From the NCBI GenBank assembly GCA_964412585.1, contig CAYPPJ010000005.1, forward strand, positions 1,512 to 65,511: a DNA stretch of 64,000 bases, read 5' to 3'. The notes below the pieces were generated by a model that saw nothing but the letters and a program-made list of their open reading frames with translations, made no database searches and was not told the DNA's origin. Shown in pieces: positions 9,348-18,643 of the stretch; within the stretch, counting starts at the first letter, position 1, and each line of letters begins with the position of its first letter. This DNA is from an uncultured Candidatus Saccharibacteria bacterium (GTDB taxonomy: Bacteria; Patescibacteriota; Minisyncoccia; Phycocordibacterales; PALSA-1337). A program made the translations under genes and the position numbers.

Positions 9348-10023
9348 AATGTCCCAATTTCTTGAACTCCGTCACCGCATCCACATAGTTGTCTGCCTCA
9401 AAAATAGCAGAGCCGACGACAAGCCTATTTGCACCCGCTTCAAGAAGCGCCGACCCATTCTCCAATGAAACTCCCCCATCTACGGAAATAGGTATCTCTG
9501 GGTAAGCAGCTCGAACCTCTTTTATTTTATCAATGACTTTGGCATCAAAAGGTTGATGTTGGAAGCCAATAGTATCTATACCCATAAGCTGAATGCCTTG
9601 AATCTTATCTTTGTATGGTTCAATAGCCGAAATGGGTGTATCTATATTGAGTGCCAGACTTACTTCGATTCGATCTTTCAACTGATCGACCGCACCCTCA
9701 ATATTTCCACGTGCTTCAACATGAATAATAATACGTGTCGCACCAGCACTGACCCATTCCTCAACAACTTCTTCGGGACGGTTGGCCATAAGGTCAATCT
9801 CAAAGTTGAGCTTCTCCCAGCCAGGCAAACCTTCTTCTTCAGTTACAATCTTATGAAAAGAATCGTCTTCTTTGCGGTACGGCCAGGTGGCACTCGGCAC
9901 GAACTGACCATCACAGACATCGATCTGCACGGTTTTTACGAAATCCTTGATAAGGTCAATTTTTTCCCGGAGCTCAGCAAAATCCTTAGGAAGAATGGCG
10001 GGGATTATTTCAGGGCGTTTCAT
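9346..10023 (-). CDS. rpe: Ribulose-phosphate 3-epimerase
   Basis: IIPAIL, DVCDGQFVP, VDGGV, VVGSAIF. Confidence 0.92.
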   Translation of the reverse strand: MKRPEIIPAILPKDFAELREKIDLIKDFVKTVQIDVCDGQFVPSATWPYRKEDDSFHKIVTEEEGLPGWEKLNFEIDLMANRPEEVVEEWVSAGATRIIIHVEARGNIEGAVDQLKDRIEVSLALNIDTPISAIEPYKDKIQGIQLMGIDTIGFQHQPFDAKVIDKIKEVRAAYPEIPISVDGGVSLENGSALLEAGANRLVVGSAIFEADNYVDAVTEFKKLGH

Positions 10024-10060
10024 ACATCGCAGTATAGCAAACTACATCACATTAATAAAT

Positions 10061-10127
10061 CTTCAGCGAATCTTTATCAAAACTTCAGCGGGCTTCAACT
10101 TGACAGTAGAAAAAAGATACTTATAAT
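10061..10127 (+). promoter_or_regulatory. Promoter with four CTTyAnC direct-repeat boxes upstream of TTGACA-16-TATAAT
   Basis: CTTCAGC 10061, CTTTATC 10072, CTTCAGC 10083, CTTCAAC 10093; -35 at 10100, -10 at 10122. Confidence 0.75.
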
Positions 10128-10131
10128 TATA

Positions 10132-10229
10132 GGCGATGTAGTCTGTTTATCAGACCATCTGGAGCCCGACGAAAGGCGAATCATATCGCCAGATGATCGG
10201 CACAAAAAATCCCTCAAGGGATTTTTTGT
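10132..10229 (+). ncRNA. Putative structured small RNA with own terminator
   Basis: Lies between a consensus promoter and terminator ACAAAAAATCCCT/AGGGATTTTTTGT. Outer stem GGCGATGT/ATATCGCC; hairpins GTCTG/CAGAC and GCC/GGC. Confidence 0.7.
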
Positions 10230-10249
10230 TTATACTAAAATAACCTAAC

Positions 10250-10708
10250 TTACTCAATCGCATCTATCTGCTCAATCCGGCGAGCATGCCTTTCGTCTCC
10301 ACTAAATGGCGTAGTCAGCCAAACTTCTACCGCATCACTCGCCGCATCAGCTTCAACATACTTTGCACCTATAGATAGCACATTGGCATCATTATGCTCA
10401 CGAGTCTTTTTGAGAATATCTTGGTCACCTCCGTACCAAACAGCTGCACGTACTCCTGGAAAACGATTTGCAACCATCGCTTCACCCTGTCCTGAGGCGC
10501 CAAAAATAATAGCTTTGGTATTCCCTTTCAAATCTTCTGCAACCTTGAGGGCTGCAGCGGCCATGTAGGTAGGATAATCATCGCCATCTTTGAGTTCATG
10601 TGCACCGACATCGGTAACCTGATACCCTTCACCAACAAGAAATGTCTTGACTACTTCTTTGACGGCAAATCCGGCGTGATCTGTAGCGAGAATGATTGAA
10701 GGTTTCAT
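10250..10708 (-). CDS. rpiB: Ribose-5-phosphate isomerase B (RpiB/LacA/LacB family)
   Basis: DHAG, DYP, GASGQG, REHNDANVL, RHARRI. Confidence 0.93.
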   Translation of the reverse strand: MKPSIILATDHAGFAVKEVVKTFLVGEGYQVTDVGAHELKDGDDYPTYMAAAALKVAEDLKGNTKAIIFGASGQGEAMVANRFPGVRAAVWYGGDQDILKKTREHNDANVLSIGAKYVEADAASDAVEVWLTTPFSGDERHARRIEQIDAIE

Positions 10709-10721
10709 AAAATGTTATTTG

Positions 10722-11045
10722 TTATTGAATGCTCACAAAATACGCAATAAAGAAGAAAATCATGACCACAAAAATCGTCACAGTGGTATATCCAAGCAAC
10801 TTGAGCGCCTCTTTCTTCTTGCCATCAAGATACCACAAGATCGGACGTCCGAGAACAAGTCCACCACATACCAGTGCAGAAAAGATGAACAACAGAAGCA
10901 TGGCCATAGGAATGAGCGCATTATCAGGTCCATGCCCAAAGATAGTGCCTGCATTGCTGACAAATAAGGCCACCAAGGCAACATAAAATGCAGTTAGGAG
11001 AGCATTGGCGAGGGCGTATTTGAGAATTGATGGTTTGTTATTCAT
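10722..11045 (-). CDS. Hypothetical membrane protein (3 TM)
   Basis: Hydrophobic ORF co-oriented with rpiB. Confidence 0.75.
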   Translation of the reverse strand: MNNKPSILKYALANALLTAFYVALVALFVSNAGTIFGHGPDNALIPMAMLLLFIFSALVCGGLVLGRPILWYLDGKKKEALKLLGYTTVTIFVVMIFFFIAYFVSIQ

Positions 11046-11232
11046 TGAATTCAATTATAGCATTTTACGAAATAGTAGTCTGATTTGACATTATGAAATA
11101 GTATCTGTATAGTTTATTAAATTCTTTTCCTCTAGCTTCCCCTGCACCACTGTTGGCGCTGGGGATCTTTGGAGGAAAGGATAGTTCCTTTACAAGATTC
11201 TGACTGTTCTATCCAATCTGACTGAATGTAGT

Positions 11233-12645
11233 GTGAAAACGAAACAACCAAAATATACTGGCCGGATCATATCGATTCCGGGAAACGACGGGTACGGATT
11301 CATCGGCATCGACACGATCGGATTGAGTGAAAGCGGTGACAGTGACAACCTCGATACGAAACACGACATCTTCCTGCACAAGGATGATTGCGGGTCTCCG
11401 CTCAAGGTCGGCATGACGGTCTCCTTCGATGTCGTTCCGGACAAAACACGGGGCGAAAAACATTTCCGCGCCGTTGGTGCGGTAGAATGCCTCGAAGCCG
11501 AACTGCTCTCCCCCAACGAAGCACCTCTACCGGGTTTCATGGCTCTTGCACCATTTGGGCAACAACCTTTGGGACAAGGCTTGCCAATTCTGCCCGCCAC
11601 GCCTGCACAACGCTCCATGAAGGCCGTCCCCGAAGAGGCCGTCCAGTGCGTTGTCCGCAATGAGCCACTTCATACAATTGCTCGGGATTCGTCGGTACCG
11701 GAACAACGCGATCTTCTGATTCAGGCATTCCTCGAATTTCTCTTCCCTACCATGAAACAATTCGGCGCCTCGTTCAAACTGGACGGCAGCGACGACGTGG
11801 AGGTTGATGCCCAGATCAAAGCTGCGCAAGAAGACCACAAAGCACTCGGCATGGAGGAACAGGATACCGTTATGACCAAGGAAGTTGAACGGTTTCGTTC
11901 ATTTCGCGGCGCGTTGAAGTTCATGGTCGAAGAAAACCTCGTCCGGCGTGACACCATCATCCCAATCGAGTACCTGCCTGATTTCTTCATGGCTGTACCA
12001 GTGTGGTTCCATTACACGAACGGGGCGCTCGCGGAACTAATCGAAAATGACTGGGCCAACCATGACCCTCACATCAATTCCGCAACCAAGTACTTCTGCA
12101 ACCTGTTCCCAAACCAGCGTTGGATGGATACGTTCCTCATGTTCAATCGCCGCTTGCGCACTCTGAGGATGTACAAGGGCGACATTATTCCGCCCCACGT
12201 ACTCAGAAGGATACGGGAGGCGGCAAAACTGTTCGACCATGTCGTAATCATGACACCGTATCTCGACGTCGCCGGAAAGGACTGGCAGGATGCGGCATGG
12301 ATTCGGTCAATTGATCCGTATGTGGTTGGATTCAAACAGGGCGTCCCGTACTTCTTTGTATTGGCACGATTCAGTGACTCGGGAACGTTTCCATTGTTCG
12401 AAAAACTCCTTGCGGATACGACGGAGTTTCTCCGTGTGCACAAAAACGACTTGCGAGGTTTCGACCGAGCCAGCTTCCCGTATTGGATGAATCCGATCGA
12501 AGAAAAACCATACGAAGGCAAACTTGGCGTTCACTTGATTGAACACGTTAATATGCTGCTCACCGCCTTCGGGCAGGGCAAGCTCTTCGACTGGCTGCGT
12601 GGCACCGTCTCGGATGACGAGGTGCTCAAGACAAAGAAGAAATAG
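11233..12645 (+). CDS. Hypothetical protein with N-terminal cold-shock (OB-fold) domain
   Basis: TGRI..GYGFI (RNP1-like), DIFLH (RNP2-like), LKVGMTVSFDV; ~380-aa unrecognised C-terminal part. Confidence 0.8.
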   Translation: MKTKQPKYTGRIISIPGNDGYGFIGIDTIGLSESGDSDNLDTKHDIFLHKDDCGSPLKVGMTVSFDVVPDKTRGEKHFRAVGAVECLEAELLSPNEAPLPGFMALAPFGQQPLGQGLPILPATPAQRSMKAVPEEAVQCVVRNEPLHTIARDSSVPEQRDLLIQAFLEFLFPTMKQFGASFKLDGSDDVEVDAQIKAAQEDHKALGMEEQDTVMTKEVERFRSFRGALKFMVEENLVRRDTIIPIEYLPDFFMAVPVWFHYTNGALAELIENDWANHDPHINSATKYFCNLFPNQRWMDTFLMFNRRLRTLRMYKGDIIPPHVLRRIREAAKLFDHVVIMTPYLDVAGKDWQDAAWIRSIDPYVVGFKQGVPYFFVLARFSDSGTFPLFEKLLADTTEFLRVHKNDLRGFDRASFPYWMNPIEEKPYEGKLGVHLIEHVNMLLTAFGQGKLFDWLRGTVSDDEVLKTKKK

Positions 12646-12664
12646 TCAGAATCTCAACGTCATT

Positions 12665-12693
12665 GGCGCCAACTCAGACTTGGCGCCTTTTTT
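12665..12693 (+). terminator. Intrinsic terminator
   Basis: GGCGCCAA/TTGGCGCC + T-run. Confidence 0.75.
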
Positions 12694-12717
12694 ATTTATA
12701 TTTGTATGTAAAATACA

Positions 12718-14019
12718 CTATATCTTCCTCAACTCCTCCCTCACCACCTTTCTATCATCCCACGCACTTCGTACACCACCGATAACTATCGACTGTTCCG
12801 CACCTTTTCCAGTAATGAGAACAACATCACCGGCCTGCGCCAATGAAAGCGCCTTGCGAATCCCCTCTCTGCGATCTTCAATGACGAAGAGGTCAGTGCC
12901 GCGCTTTTTGCCGAACTTTTCAGCAACCGTGGCAATATCTTCAAGGATTTCTTGTGGATCGTCTTCGTACGGATCCACATTCGTCACGATGACATAATCC
13001 GCCAGACGTGCCGACAATTCTCCCATAATTGGACGCTTTGACTTGTCACGACCTCCACCTTCAGCACCAAGGAGAATGATCGTGCGTGCACCAGGCTTTC
13101 GCATCTGCTTGGCAGTATTCAAGACGTTCGTCATGCTCTGTTTTTCGTGAGCATAATCAACAATCACGGTATACGGCTGACCTTCATTGATCTGCTCCAT
13201 GCGTCCTGGAATAACCTCGAGTCCCATTAACCCATTTCGGATGATCGAATCATTCATACCAGAGATATGGCCGATAATGATGGCGGGCAATGCATTGTAG
13301 ACATTAAATCTTCCAAGAATGCGTATGCTAAATGGCGTACCATCGACGGCAAACGTGACTCCGGTGTCGCTCTCCTTGATACTGGTTGCACGTATCTCAG
13401 CGGATGAATCAATACCAAAGGTAATCTTGCGATCAGCTTTGTATGATAAATAAAATTCACTATGCAAATCATCGGTATTGGCGATAATAACTTTCTCCAC
13501 ACGCTTTCCTGCAATAATTTTGTGTGCCGAACCAAGTGCGGCAAACATAGTACCCTTGGTTTTTTTGTAGTGTTCAAAACTTCCTCCATGAGAAGGCAAA
13601 TGTTCCGGCGTAAGGTTGGTAAAGACCGCGATGTCATAGTACACACCGACGTGACGATACTGAAGAATTCCTTCTGACGTTGTCTCAACAATACAATGCG
13701 TACAACCTTCACTAACCATGCGCGCGAGCAATGCCTGGATAGTAAAACGCCCTGGCATGGTCATGTGATATTTATTCAAAACCTCTTCAGTACCAATACG
13801 AATATTCGCCGTACTAATGATGCCCGTCTTGTGCCCTCCCGCCATCAGTGTTGACCAGATGAAATTGGTAGCCGACGTCTTTCCTTTGGTGCCCGTAATA
13901 CCGATAACCACCATCTTTTTCGATGGTGATCCATAGCGGAGAGCAGCAGCTCGTGCGAGACAGTAATGATACCAGCCGAGCACAAACTTCGGCGTCAGTG
14001 AATGAATGAATTTCTTCAT
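12718..14019 (-). CDS. murE: UDP-N-acetylmuramyl-tripeptide synthetase (Mur ligase)
   Basis: GITGTKGKT, TNLTPEHL, PGRME, DYAH, GGRDKSKR, TGKG. Confidence 0.9.
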   Translation of the reverse strand: MKKFIHSLTPKFVLGWYHYCLARAAALRYGSPSKKMVVIGITGTKGKTSATNFIWSTLMAGGHKTGIISTANIRIGTEEVLNKYHMTMPGRFTIQALLARMVSEGCTHCIVETTSEGILQYRHVGVYYDIAVFTNLTPEHLPSHGGSFEHYKKTKGTMFAALGSAHKIIAGKRVEKVIIANTDDLHSEFYLSYKADRKITFGIDSSAEIRATSIKESDTGVTFAVDGTPFSIRILGRFNVYNALPAIIIGHISGMNDSIIRNGLMGLEVIPGRMEQINEGQPYTVIVDYAHEKQSMTNVLNTAKQMRKPGARTIILLGAEGGGRDKSKRPIMGELSARLADYVIVTNVDPYEDDPQEILEDIATVAEKFGKKRGTDLFVIEDRREGIRKALSLAQAGDVVLITGKGAEQSIVIGGVRSAWDDRKVVREELRKI

Positions 14020-15059
14020 ATGAAGCGTTTTATCAGTTTACGCAGATTGTAGAGATAATACCAGAGGGGCTGCGCGACTACGTCATAGAAGTCAGAGTGA
14101 ATAAGTTCGTGTCCCCCAAAGCGTGTTTTGAAACGTGTCAGTCCTTCCCAGCCTTTGTAGAGGTTGCCCAGTGATACACCACCAAAATTATATTCAGTAC
14201 AACCGATCTTCTTGGCATGCTTAATAGCTTCCCACTGTGCAATGTGAGTGATTCCCAGATTGCGATGCTCATCACTCGATCCCGCAAAGACATAGTTCGC
14301 AACTTTTCCATGATAGATGATGAGATCAACAGTGAGAATCGCCCCTTCGAACTTTGCGAGGACTAAATATGCATATTCAGGTTTCAGTGTATTAAAAATA
14401 TTTTCGTAATATTCTTTTTCATGAAGACTGAATCCGTTTCTATCCGACGTCTCCTTCATCAGTTTATAAAAATCAGGAAAATAGCGCGCAAAGTCAGATG
14501 TAATGATTTCCGTCGTCACTCCTTTCCTTCCTGCTAGACGAATAGAATAGCGATTTTTCTCGTGAATTTCCTTGTAGATATCTTCCTCAGTTTTATGCAA
14601 ATTCAAAACCCATTCTGCACGAGGTTGGAAATAGGCTGAATGATACGTGTACGATGGCGCACGCTTGAAATGCTTGTCGAGCTGAGCAATCTTGTTCTGA
14701 TCTCGTGCAGCTGGTGTAAAGTCGAGACGAATAAAAACTGCATTTCGCTCACGTGCCACTGCCATCATTTTTTCTTTGACGGCCTCGAGTATTTCATTTG
14801 AAAATTCGCTGACCACGGGACCATAGGGTGCGTACAGATACTTTCTATCTTTGATGAGGGGATATTCAGTGAGTTGAATATATGCCACTGCCTTTCCATT
14901 TTTTTCGCCTACAAATCGAAAAGTAGTGCGGCCCAAGTTCTCTTGCCACTCGCCGTACAATCGTGCCTGCGTAAAAGGTGCATCCGCGGAGATGGTGAGC
15001 GGGTCAAAGGGTTCTGATTGAAGGATGGGGCGGAATTCGATAGACGACATTACCTGCAT
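14016..15059 (-). CDS. FemAB/FemX-family peptidoglycan bridge peptidyltransferase
   Basis: YAPYGP, RYSIRLA, YNFGG, GLTRFKTRFGG. Confidence 0.9.
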   Translation of the reverse strand: MQVMSSIEFRPILQSEPFDPLTISADAPFTQARLYGEWQENLGRTTFRFVGEKNGKAVAYIQLTEYPLIKDRKYLYAPYGPVVSEFSNEILEAVKEKMMAVARERNAVFIRLDFTPAARDQNKIAQLDKHFKRAPSYTYHSAYFQPRAEWVLNLHKTEEDIYKEIHEKNRYSIRLAGRKGVTTEIITSDFARYFPDFYKLMKETSDRNGFSLHEKEYYENIFNTLKPEYAYLVLAKFEGAILTVDLIIYHGKVANYVFAGSSDEHRNLGITHIAQWEAIKHAKKIGCTEYNFGGVSLGNLYKGWEGLTRFKTRFGGHELIHSDFYDVVAQPLWYYLYNLRKLIKRFI

Positions 15060-15174
15060 AGTATATCAGGAATTGTAATCATTGACTAAACATGCAGTTA
15101 TGTGCTATAATAAGCCCGAATCTCATGAACATTCTCAACCAGAGCATGTGAAAGGTTCTGACCTCTCGCCTGAA

Positions 15175-15663
15175 ATGAAAACATCGAATCCTACCATCAA
15201 GATTGGTACGGCAAATCTGCGACTGGCCGTAAATAAATCGGTCACAATTCCCTCATCATTTGGATATCATCTCGCCCGCGGTTTCAACCGCTTCGAATTG
15301 TGCAACGTCTCAAGCCCAGGACAACTCGGTGGCGACGCCTTCACTGAAGTGTACTTTACTACCATCTCCGGTAACCTGTACAAGATCTGGCAGCCGAAAG
15401 AGCCTGGTCACATCTGGGTTCTCGCCAACACGCGTGACAACAAGGGTTCAGGGGGAAATTTGAAAGTTTACCACTTTCCCCCGCCGGAGATTGAAAAAGC
15501 CATTCTCGAAGTCGGAATTCCATTCCACTTTGAAGATACTGGCGCCTCGACTCCCGTCGCTGCCATTCTGGCTGTGAATGCAAGAAGGAAGTACGGCGAT
15601 ACCAACACATCCCCCGAACTCTGGAGTGATATCCGCAACGAGTTCGACACCATGGTTAAGTAA
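15175..15663 (+). CDS. Hypothetical protein
   Basis: ORF after a TTGACT...TATAAT promoter (15082-15111), hairpin downstream. Confidence 0.6.
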   Translation: MKTSNPTIKIGTANLRLAVNKSVTIPSSFGYHLARGFNRFELCNVSSPGQLGGDAFTEVYFTTISGNLYKIWQPKEPGHIWVLANTRDNKGSGGNLKVYHFPPPEIEKAILEVGIPFHFEDTGASTPVAAILAVNARRKYGDTNTSPELWSDIRNEFDTMVK

Positions 15664-15729
15664 GCCTGCAAGCTTACACAACCAGCCCCGCGACTAGCAA
15701 TGGTCGCGGGGTAGATTGTTTACATTAAT

Positions 15730-16761
15730 TTACACCAACCTCCCCGCCTTTATCACATGCTCCACCAATGTATATGTATACCCCATCTCATTGTCATACC
15801 ACGCCAATACTTTGACTAGATTTCCATCGACCACACGTGTCATCTCGAGATCAGCAATAGATGCATGGCGGTTGCCAATAATGTCATGAGAAACGAGGGG
15901 CTCCTCGGTCACGGTGAAGATACCATTCCAACGAGGATCCTTGGCGGCTTTTTTGAGAAGTGAGTTGACTTCCTCGGCAGTGGTATTTTTCTTTGAGATA
16001 AATGTCACATCGACGATAGAGCCTGCGACTACCGGCACGCGGATAGAGATACCATCAAACTTTCCTTGAAGTTGAGTAGCGACCTTGGTTACGGCGATAG
16101 CGGCGCCAGTTGAAGACGGGACAATATTTTGGGCAGCGGCGCGACCTTCTCGAAGATCTTTCTTTGAAGGACCGTCAACAATAGCTTGTGAAGCTGTATA
16201 GGCGTGAACCGTATTCAAGACTGCTTTTTCAATGCCAAGAGTCTCGCCGAGAATAGCGATGAGTGGCGAACCAGCGTTGGTGGTACATGATGCATTTGAA
16301 GAAATAACACAACCTTCGAGCTTGTCTTCATTCATGCCCATGAGAACAGTCGAGCTCTGGAATGGAGAATCGGGAGCATCCTTCGTTGGCGCAGAAACAA
16401 CTACCCTTTTTGCACCAGCAGTAATATGAGCCTGCGCCTTTTCGGCAGACGTGAAGAGACCAGTCGACTCAACGACTATATCAATACCTAAAGATTTCCA
16501 TGGAAGCTTGGTCGGATCCTTCTCTGAGATAAACTGTACTTCCTGGCCGTCGATAACGAGTGAATTGGTTTTCTCATTTACCGTGACATCAAAAGGGCTG
16601 ACGCCGTAGGCACTATCATACTTCAATAGATAGGCGAAATTCTGAATACTGCCAAGGTCATTGATAGCAACAATCTCCAATTCTTGACGATTTTTGGCGA
16701 CTTTGACGAATGCCCTGCCGATACGACCGAACCCATTGATAGCAACGCGGATTTTTTTCAT
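15730..16761 (-). CDS. gap: Glyceraldehyde-3-phosphate dehydrogenase
   Basis: INGFGRIGR, SNASCTTN, WYDNEMGY. Confidence 0.98.
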   Translation of the reverse strand: MKKIRVAINGFGRIGRAFVKVAKNRQELEIVAINDLGSIQNFAYLLKYDSAYGVSPFDVTVNEKTNSLVIDGQEVQFISEKDPTKLPWKSLGIDIVVESTGLFTSAEKAQAHITAGAKRVVVSAPTKDAPDSPFQSSTVLMGMNEDKLEGCVISSNASCTTNAGSPLIAILGETLGIEKAVLNTVHAYTASQAIVDGPSKKDLREGRAAAQNIVPSSTGAAIAVTKVATQLQGKFDGISIRVPVVAGSIVDVTFISKKNTTAEEVNSLLKKAAKDPRWNGIFTVTEEPLVSHDIIGNRHASIADLEMTRVVDGNLVKVLAWYDNEMGYTYTLVEHVIKAGRLV

Positions 16762-16899
16762 GGAATTAAGGGTAAAAAGCTATGTGGATAACAGTCTTAT
16801 TCTATCATATACACATTGGATTTCGTATGTGCTATGCTCGAAACTGGTTTAGAGCAGCAAACGGCACAGTATGTGCCACACAACCAAGGAGTACTTCGT

Positions 16900-17445
16900 A
16901 TGCCTCAGTTTGAAGATGCACCGGCTCAAGCAGAAACACAGCCCAAAACGGCCGAACAGCTCAGGTTTGAATGGTTCAGGGAAAATGTTGAAACCGAGTT
17001 GAAAATCCTTCGTGATGGTACAGGCAAAAAATTCGGCCGAATGGTTGCGCATTTTGACCACACTCTCAACCGGCGCGGTATCGAAGCCAGTCCGGAAGTA
17101 AAGGAAGTGTATCGGATTAAGCTTCACTGCGGTAAACCATGCTCGCTTGTCCTCGTCGAATCGGAGGAAGACCTTCGCACATTCACCCAGCGGTGCTGGG
17201 AAAGCGACACCTTCATTCCAGTGATCGCACCAAAAGATCCTGAGGATGAACCTGAATTGGATTATGAGTTGCGTAAACGGATCTTCAACACCTTCAAGCG
17301 TGGACTCCAGCAACTTCGGCGGATTCGCCGGCGGCAACACCGCGGTGCGACGTACCAGCGATTCGTCAATGGTTCACAACGGCTCTTTCAACGGCATGTC
17401 TTTCAGCGACAACCCTTTCACAACGGAAGTGGTGTAGCGGCCTAA
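16900..17445 (+). CDS. Hypothetical protein
   Basis: AAGGAG SD before ATG 16900; terminator 17465-17492. Confidence 0.65.
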   Translation: MPQFEDAPAQAETQPKTAEQLRFEWFRENVETELKILRDGTGKKFGRMVAHFDHTLNRRGIEASPEVKEVYRIKLHCGKPCSLVLVESEEDLRTFTQRCWESDTFIPVIAPKDPEDEPELDYELRKRIFNTFKRGLQQLRRIRRRQHRGATYQRFVNGSQRLFQRHVFQRQPFHNGSGVAA

Positions 17446-17496
17446 TCAGCCACGCAATCAATCGAGCGCGGTCCAGGTGACCGCGCTTTTTATTTT

Positions 17497-18582
17497 TTAC
17501 TTACCACGCATCTGTGCGTATCTTTTCCCCAACTTTTTGATGAGCCCCGGTCCTTCAAAAATCATGCCTGTTATGACCTGAACAAGATCCGCTCCTGCGT
17601 CGAACTTTTCTTTCATTGTCTCAGGTGACATCACGCCACCAACACCCATAATCGTAAACCGTTTACCAAATGCCTCTCGTGTTTTGTATATCAAATCTGT
17701 CGAAAGATGAGTGCAGGGCTTGCCTGAAAGACCTCCTTTATAGATTACCGGGGCTTCCGATCGAACATCGAGCGAATCATAGTCTTTATTGAGGTTACCG
17801 ATTACAACACCTTGTAGTCCGTGAGCCTCGATAATCTTGAGAAGCGCTTCAAATTGAGTCCACGGAATATTGATTGGCATTTTTATATACACCGGCTTCG
17901 TACATGGAATTGCCTTGAGTGCGGTAAGTAGTCGAGTCAACAATTCAGGTGTTGCAAACGCTTCTCCTCCAAAAGAATTGGGACATGAAATATTGATGGT
18001 GTAATAATCACCAACGTTTTCTTCATTGAGGCGCCTAAATGAATACACGTAGTCAGCAATGCCTGCTTCTATCTGCACAGATTGTTCGTCATTGGTACGC
18101 GCGATCGAAATACCGATAACAAAAGGCGGTCGACTTCTTATATCTGAAACTCCTTCTTTGTTTTGAACAGCGCGTGCTTTTTTGAGACGCTCGATGATCG
18201 CATCCACACCTTCATTTTTTAATCCTTTATTAACTAAAAGGCTTTGGGACTTGGGCAATCGAGTCAATCGCGGTGCAGGATTGCCTGTACACGGACGCGC
18301 AGTAACCGAACCAATCTCCTCCCCACCGAGTCCAATATGCTCGAGTGTACGAGTAAGTTGACCATTGTAGTCAAAACCAGCCGATAAAAGAAACGGTGTT
18401 TGGTACGATACACCATCGACAGTTTTTGAAATATCGGGACCATGGTATCCGTAGACAATACAGAGAATCTTTCGGGTCAAAGCTGTCGAACCTATCCAAC
18501 TACCCCATGCAATAAAAAAGTCATGCACGGCCTCCGGGTCGAACATGAACAGGATTGGCTTGAGAATATGCTTGTAGAGCAT
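17497..18582 (-). CDS. pyrD: Dihydroorotate dehydrogenase (quinone, class 2)
   Basis: DPEAVH, SAGFD, GNPAPRL, NISCPN, GGLSG, GVGGV. Confidence 0.93.
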   Translation of the reverse strand: MLYKHILKPILFMFDPEAVHDFFIAWGSWIGSTALTRKILCIVYGYHGPDISKTVDGVSYQTPFLLSAGFDYNGQLTRTLEHIGLGGEEIGSVTARPCTGNPAPRLTRLPKSQSLLVNKGLKNEGVDAIIERLKKARAVQNKEGVSDIRSRPPFVIGISIARTNDEQSVQIEAGIADYVYSFRRLNEENVGDYYTINISCPNSFGGEAFATPELLTRLLTALKAIPCTKPVYIKMPINIPWTQFEALLKIIEAHGLQGVVIGNLNKDYDSLDVRSEAPVIYKGGLSGKPCTHLSTDLIYKTREAFGKRFTIMGVGGVMSPETMKEKFDAGADLVQVITGMIFEGPGLIKKLGKRYAQMRGK

Positions 18583-18643
18583 AGTGATAATTCACTATAC
18601 CATAGATTATGCTATAATTTCCTCACTAACCTCTCATATATTC

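Noticed and set aside
10132-10190. Fluoride riboswitch (GGCGAT...TCGCC)
   Set aside because: Lacks the GGCGATGGnGTTCGCC / TGATGAC consensus, and there is no crcB-type downstream gene.
18125-18180. Short extra segment in PyrD as a third palindromic insert
   Set aside because: No convincing terminal inverted repeats; a variable loop region.
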